64,000 bases of DNA from Bacteroidota bacterium (GTDB taxonomy: Bacteria > Bacteroidota > Bacteroidia > UKL13-3), in contig JAZKBU010000007.1 of the NCBI GenBank assembly GCA_040388375.1, forward strand, positions 3,263 to 67,262. The letters run 5' to 3'. Shown here one piece after another: positions 58,584 to 64,000 of the stretch. The notes under the pieces were generated by a model, which worked only from the letters and a program-made list of their open reading frames with translations, did not search any database and was not told the origin of the DNA. Position numbers and translations under genes: made by a program. The first letter of the stretch is position 1. Every line of letters starts with the position of its first letter.

Positions 58584-59009
58584 ATGATTCCTTTAGTACT
58601 TTGCGTTGATGATGATAAAGTTGCTTTAATGATAAGCAAGTTAAACTTTAAAAAGGCAAGTTTTTGTTCAGAGGTGGTAACTGCTGAAAACGGTAGAGAA
58701 GCACTTAATTATTTTGAACAACAAGATGAATTGGCCGAAAACGGCAGGAAAATACCCAATTTGATTTTCCTTGACTTAAACATGCCGCTTATGGATGGAT
58801 GGGAGTTTTTAGATTTGTTTGCTAAAAAGTACGGAAGTATTTATCCCAATATAAAAATAGCGTTATTGTCTTCCAGTGTTAATCCGGAAGATAAAATAAA
58901 AGCAGATCAAAATCCAATGATTTTCTGTTTTATAGACAAAGCATTAGGAATAGATAATTTAAAGGAATTAAGACAAAATAAAGAAGTGAAGCATTATTTT
59001 GCAGAATAA
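58584..59009 (+). CDS. Stand-alone response-regulator receiver domain (CheY-like)
   Basis: 'LCVDDDKVA...LIFLDLNMPLMDGWEF...IALLSSS'. No output domain. Confidence 0.85.
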   Translation: MIPLVLCVDDDKVALMISKLNFKKASFCSEVVTAENGREALNYFEQQDELAENGRKIPNLIFLDLNMPLMDGWEFLDLFAKKYGSIYPNIKIALLSSSVNPEDKIKADQNPMIFCFIDKALGIDNLKELRQNKEVKHYFAE

Positions 59010-59185
59010 TAATTTTATAAGTGAGCTATGTATTTGTCGCGTTAATGTTAGCAAGTAACTATAAAACTCTATAAAATGATACAGCAAAATAGTTCTAAGT
59101 GAATTATTTTTGATTCGTACCATTTGAGATAAATTTTATATTAAAGGTCTATCAAAAATGTGTAAAGGATTTCAGTAAAATATAA

Positions 59186-62100
59186 TTGATAATAAAATTG
59201 AATAGCTCAATTAACTATAATACTTTAAAAACTATATTAGATAATGCAAATCAGGCATTATTTGTAACCAATGCAAAAGGTAATATTTGTAATGCCAATA
59301 ATACAGCCGGCAAAATATTCGGATATAGTAATGAAGAGTTACTGAATTATTCATTCAATGATTTAGTTAAAAGTACTGCTGGAAGCCTTGATTTTACTAG
59401 CTTTATTAAACAACAAATAAGCCCCTTAACAAAATTTATTGGTATTCATAAAGAAGGGTTTAGCTTCCCTGTGTTTGTTGCTAATACTTCCTTCACAGAT
59501 GAACAAAATGGCGAGCAGTATTATTACATCACATTCAATAACGGTAATCAAACACAAGCAATAAACTCAGCAGATACATTAGAAAAAAACGAAGCCAAAT
59601 TAAAGGCCATACTTGAAAATTTAGCAGATGTAATAACGGTTGTAAATAGTGATTTAGAAGTTGTGTTTCAAAGTTCCATCAAAAACATATTAGGCTATGA
59701 GGAAAGTGAATTAATTGGACAAAATATTTTAAATTATATTCATAAAGACGACTTAGCGCTTATAAAACAAGAATTTGAAAAAGGTATTGAAAAGGGAGGA
59801 ATAAGCAATTTAATTGAATTTAAGTTTTTAAGTAAAAGTGGCAATTATATATATTTTGAGGCCAGTGGAAATAACCAATTGAATAATCCCGCTGTAAATG
59901 GTATTATAATTAATTCAAGGGATATAACCACAAGGAAACAGATTGAAAAAGAAGTAGTATTATCAAGATTTACTTTAAATAATATAGAAAGTTCCATATT
60001 ATGGAATATGCCTGATGGTACTTTTTTAGACTATAATGACTATGCTTATAAAATGCTAGGTTATACTAAAGAAGAGTTTAAAAACATATCAGTTGCTAAT
60101 ATTGACTCCACTTACACACCAGAAGCTTGGGCAGAGCATTGGGAACATTTAAGAAAAGAAAAACACCTAAGTTTTGAAAGCAAACATATTCGTAAAGACG
60201 GTACTTTAATTGATGTTGAAATTAATGCCAATTATATTCAATACGGAGACTTTGAATTAAATTGTGCTTTGGTTAACGATATAACCAACCGTAAAAAAGT
60301 AGAAGATGCACTTCAGGCATCAGAAAGCCAGATTCGCTCTGTTTTTGATAATACAGAAATAGGTTTTATTTTATTTTCAGCCGATTTAAGAATAGTTTCA
60401 TTTAACGCTACTGCTGAAAAATATACCATTGAAGAGCACGAAAAACAGTTAGTTAATGATGCGTATTATTTAGATTATTTTCCTTTAGATTCAAGAGCGA
60501 ATATTTTAAAGCATGCTCAAAATGTGCTGGCAGGTAATAAAATGGATTTTGATTTACTTGGAAAAAAAAATAAAGCCAATCAGGAGAATTGGTTTAATGT
60601 TAAGTTTTCGCCAGTTACAAATAAAAACAATGAGGTTGTTGGTTTATTAATGGCAATGGAAAATATTAGTGAACGTAAAAAAATTGAAAAAGATTTAAAA
60701 ATCAGCAACGAACGATTTGAATATGTTACGCAAGCTACATTTGATGCTATTTGGGATTGGGATTTACTAACCAACCATTTGTTTTGGGGTAAAGGTTACC
60801 ATACTTTGTTTGGTTATAATGTAGTTGAAAGTAATAATTACATTAATGAATCAAACTATTTTATTCATGAAGAAGATAGAGAACGCATATTTGATAGCTT
60901 GCAACAAGCAATAGATAAAGGTGAAAATAACTGGAATGCTCAATATCGATACTTAAAATCAAATGGCGAATATGCCTTTGTTGAAGATAAAGGTGTAATA
61001 GTGAGGAATGAAAATGGCAAAGCCATTAGAATGATAGGAGCTATGCAGGATATAAGCTCGCAGAAACAAAAAGAACAACAGTTGAAATTGTATGAATCCG
61101 TTATTACAAACTCAACAGATAGTGTTTTAATAACAGGAGCCAATGCAACAGAAGAAGGTTATGAAATAGTTTTTGTAAACGAAGCTTTTACCAAAATGAC
61201 AGGTTATACCAAAAAAGAAGTAATTGGTAAAACACCCAAATTATTACAAGGACCTAAAACAAATAAAAAATCATTAGACCGCTTAGACAGAGCTTTAAAA
61301 AACTTTAAACCTTGCGAAATTGAAGTAATCAATTACAAAAAAAACGGGGAAGAGTTTTGGGTTAATTTAGCTATTGTTCCCATTGGCGATATGAATGGTT
61401 CATATACCAACTGGGTTTCTATTCAACGCGATACAACAGAGCGCAATAAAAATATAATTGAAAAAGAAGCCATATTTGAAATAGTTAAGTCAATTAATGG
61501 CAGTAATAATCTAGAAAACTCTTTAGGAGAAGTAATAGAAAAAGTTTGCAGATATTTAGATTTTCAATATGGTGAAGTTTGGTCGCTGAATATTGATGAA
61601 AATAAAATGGTTTTTAGGGCAGATTGGAGTGCCAATAAAAAAATATTTTTAAAGCGGAGCGATGCTAGCATAAGTACCATAGAAAAAGGAGAAGGTTTAC
61701 CCGGTACAGCCTGGTTAAACAAAGAAAGAATATACATAAAGGATTTACAGAACTCTATTTTTGTAAGAAAAGAAAGTGCTAAAAAGGCAGGTTTAGTAAG
61801 TGGAATGGCCTTGCCGATTTATTTCAATAATGAGGTAGTAGCCGTGTTTAATTTATTTTCAAACAAGCCATTTACCAAAGACCAGCTATATGCAGATTTA
61901 CTTAATAAACTAACAAGCCAAATAGGAGCTGATATTCAAAAAAACAGGAAAGAATTAGAACTGAACCAGTTTTTTACTTTATCACCCGATTTGCTTTCCA
62001 TATCAGGTATGGATGGCTATTTAAAAAAAATAAATCCGGCTTTTACCAACATTTTAGGTTATACAGAGCAGGAGTTATTGGCTGTACCACTCATAGAATT

Positions 62101-63007
62101 TGTCCATGCAGATGATAAGCATAAAACACTATTTACGGCTGAAAACTTTTTGGATAATAATTCAAACATTTATATTGAAAACAGATTTATAGCTAAAAAT
62201 GGTGAAATAAAATGGCTGGCTTGGACATGTACTCCACTGGTTAAAGAAGGGCTGATTTTTTCAGCTACCAAAGATATAACAGAAAAGAAAAAAATGGATG
62301 ATGAGCGTAAAAAGCTTATCAATGAATTAACGAGCAATAACAAGGAGTTAAAACAGTTTTCATATATTACCTCACATAACATGAGAGCGCCATTAACTAA
62401 TTTATTGGCTATTTTTCAAATGTTAGATACTTCAAAAATTGTTGATGAAGAAACATTGACTTTAATAGAAGCAATGAGGCAGTCAACCCATAATTTAAAT
62501 GAGACACTTAATGATTTAATTAAAATTTTAATTATAAAAGAAAATACCAACCAAAAAGTATTTGACCTTGAATTTAAAGTAGTGCTTGATTATGTACGTG
62601 AAAGTATCAGTTCTATTATTAATAATTCAAATGCAGTTATTAATGTTAATTTTTCTAAAGCCCCAATAGTTAGGTTTAATAAAGGTTATTTGGAAAGTAT
62701 ATTTTTAAATTTAATAACCAATTCAATTAAATACGCTCACACAACACGAAAACCTACTATACACATTGAAACCAGAGTAGGCAATGAGTTTATTGAATTG
62801 ATTTTTAAAGATAATGGGCTTGGTTTTAATGAAGAAAAAGTAAAAGGTAAAATATTTGGGTTGTACCAAAAATTCCATAATCATCCGGATAGTAAAGGGA
62901 TAGGTCTGTATTTGGTTTACTCTCAGGTAACAGCATTAGGTGGCGAAATATCAGTTAATAGTATAGAGGGCGAGGGTACTACGTTCGTAATAAAGTTTAA
63001 AAAATAA
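59186..63007 (+). CDS. Multi-PAS/GAF sensor histidine kinase (paralog 2)
   Basis: PAS repeats, a GAF-like region (about residues 760-920), and a C-terminal kinase core nearly identical to paralog 1 (ELKQFSYITSHNMRAPLTNLLAIF; GLGFNEEKVKGKIFGLYQKFHNHPDSKGIGLYLV). Confidence 0.85.
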   Translation: MIIKLNSSINYNTLKTILDNANQALFVTNAKGNICNANNTAGKIFGYSNEELLNYSFNDLVKSTAGSLDFTSFIKQQISPLTKFIGIHKEGFSFPVFVANTSFTDEQNGEQYYYITFNNGNQTQAINSADTLEKNEAKLKAILENLADVITVVNSDLEVVFQSSIKNILGYEESELIGQNILNYIHKDDLALIKQEFEKGIEKGGISNLIEFKFLSKSGNYIYFEASGNNQLNNPAVNGIIINSRDITTRKQIEKEVVLSRFTLNNIESSILWNMPDGTFLDYNDYAYKMLGYTKEEFKNISVANIDSTYTPEAWAEHWEHLRKEKHLSFESKHIRKDGTLIDVEINANYIQYGDFELNCALVNDITNRKKVEDALQASESQIRSVFDNTEIGFILFSADLRIVSFNATAEKYTIEEHEKQLVNDAYYLDYFPLDSRANILKHAQNVLAGNKMDFDLLGKKNKANQENWFNVKFSPVTNKNNEVVGLLMAMENISERKKIEKDLKISNERFEYVTQATFDAIWDWDLLTNHLFWGKGYHTLFGYNVVESNNYINESNYFIHEEDRERIFDSLQQAIDKGENNWNAQYRYLKSNGEYAFVEDKGVIVRNENGKAIRMIGAMQDISSQKQKEQQLKLYESVITNSTDSVLITGANATEEGYEIVFVNEAFTKMTGYTKKEVIGKTPKLLQGPKTNKKSLDRLDRALKNFKPCEIEVINYKKNGEEFWVNLAIVPIGDMNGSYTNWVSIQRDTTERNKNIIEKEAIFEIVKSINGSNNLENSLGEVIEKVCRYLDFQYGEVWSLNIDENKMVFRADWSANKKIFLKRSDASISTIEKGEGLPGTAWLNKERIYIKDLQNSIFVRKESAKKAGLVSGMALPIYFNNEVVAVFNLFSNKPFTKDQLYADLLNKLTSQIGADIQKNRKELELNQFFTLSPDLLSISGMDGYLKKINPAFTNILGYTEQELLAVPLIEFVHADDKHKTLFTAENFLDNNSNIYIENRFIAKNGEIKWLAWTCTPLVKEGLIFSATKDITEKKKMDDERKKLINELTSNNKELKQFSYITSHNMRAPLTNLLAIFQMLDTSKIVDEETLTLIEAMRQSTHNLNETLNDLIKILIIKENTNQKVFDLEFKVVLDYVRESISSIINNSNAVINVNFSKAPIVRFNKGYLESIFLNLITNSIKYAHTTRKPTIHIETRVGNEFIELIFKDNGLGFNEEKVKGKIFGLYQKFHNHPDSKGIGLYLVYSQVTALGGEISVNSIEGEGTTFVIKFKK

Positions 63008-63124
63008 AAAGCTTACCAATAAAAAGCAGGTGAAATTACTTTTATGATTTAAATATCCATACCATACTAAAATGTAATCAGTATGATTGTAGTGTTATAA
63101 TAACATTGTTTAAATGGCGAGTTG

Positions 63125-64000
63125 ATGAGTTTAGAAAACGAAAATATTATCCTGAAACAAAAACTGTCTCAACTTGAAATAGAGTTGCAGCAAGTACGTG
63201 ATACAATTTCAATTCCATTAAGTAAATTAAAACAAGAAACTATTTATCGCCAATTAATTGAATACTCCAGCGATATTATTTATGAGATTAATACCGAAGG
63301 ATTACTTACCTATATTTCTCCAAGTTGGACAAAATTATTAGGACACCAGCCACAAGAAGTTTTAGGACACCAATTTGAAATATTTATTCATCCCAATGAT
63401 TTAGCTGAAAGAAAAGCTTTTTTACTAAAATTAATACGCAATAAAACAGATGATGAAATTGAATATAGAGTGCTGCACAAAAACGGTAATTATATTTGGT
63501 ATAAATCAAGAGTTACAATAGTAAAAAGCGGCAACGAAAAATTTTATATTGGCAATGCACGAGATACGAGTGCAGAGAAATACGCACAAGAAAAGGTACA
63601 CTTAGTTGAGTTTACCATTCAAAAAGCAACTATGTCCGTTTTTTGGATTAAATCAAATGCTACATTTTTTGAAATGAGCGAAGCTGCCCATAATACACTT
63701 GGATATACCAAAGACGAATTAATGCGTTTAAGTATAGAAGACATAAACCCTGAATATAGTATTGAAACGTGGCCAAACCATTGGGAAGAATTAAAGAAAA
63801 ACAAAACACTTGAATTTATAACAAAACAAAAAAAGAAAGATGGAACAGAGCTTTTAGTTGAAATAAAGGCTAATTTTATTCAGTTTGGCGATATAGAATT
63901 AAACTGTGCTTTTGTTACCGATATAAGTGAAAGGAGTAAAATAGAACAAGAATTAAAAGAAAGTGAACAACGCTTTAACGTAGCCATAGCCGGTTCAAGC
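63125..64000 (+). CDS. PAS-domain sensor protein (paralog 3), 5' partial, cut by the window end
   Basis: ATG at 63125. The frame stays open to position 64000. PAS blocks parallel paralog 2 (NHWEELKKNKTLEFITKQKKKDGTELLVEIKANFIQFGDIELNCAFVTDISER). Confidence 0.7.
   Translation, partial: MSLENENIILKQKLSQLEIELQQVRDTISIPLSKLKQETIYRQLIEYSSDIIYEINTEGLLTYISPSWTKLLGHQPQEVLGHQFEIFIHPNDLAERKAFLLKLIRNKTDDEIEYRVLHKNGNYIWYKSRVTIVKSGNEKFYIGNARDTSAEKYAQEKVHLVEFTIQKATMSVFWIKSNATFFEMSEAAHNTLGYTKDELMRLSIEDINPEYSIETWPNHWEELKKNKTLEFITKQKKKDGTELLVEIKANFIQFGDIELNCAFVTDISERSKIEQELKESEQRFNVAIAGSS

Overview
AT-rich (about 36% GC) chromosomal segment from a Bacteroidota-type genome. Evidence for the phylum: several proteins end in T9SS (Por) C-terminal sorting domains, lipoproteins with Cys lipoboxes are common, an S46 dipeptidyl-peptidase starts with 'DEGMWLP', and an AraC regulator carries a DJ-1/PfpI (GlxA-type) domain. 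Coding density is high and mostly housekeeping or envelope-related: cytochrome-c peroxidase with a DUF1501/DUF1800 pair, a 7TMR-DISM hybrid histidine kinase, a DEAD-box helicase, HrpB, a LytTR two-component pair, an MntH-UspA fusion, a TonB-dependent receptor, a flotillin-like protein, RecN, a MarR-controlled RND/TolC efflux operon, and a cluster of three paralogous multi-PAS histidine kinases with an orphan receiver. The last kinase gene is cut by the window end. No tRNA, rRNA, CRISPR array, cas gene, transposase or integrase was recognised.

The part the genes do not explain is the non-coding DNA in two accessory-looking regions:
- a 1,063-bp ORF-free region (23610-24672) holding seven perfectly phased 42-bp tandem repeats
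- an ~88-nt two-hairpin element present in two copies (14475-14561 and 24156-24242)
- a recurring 'AAAAGAGTGTTTTCC' box (three copies at 10811-10898, a fourth at 24353)
- an unusually GC-rich, hairpin-bounded intergenic block (14333-14610)
- a cassette of two large uncharacterised proteins (11057-14238), one with a single C-terminal CXXCH haem motif, flanked by these elements.

I consider these linked non-coding elements and the unknown cassette the best candidates for an undescribed system.

All calls come from reading the ORF translations and the DNA. No database searches were run.
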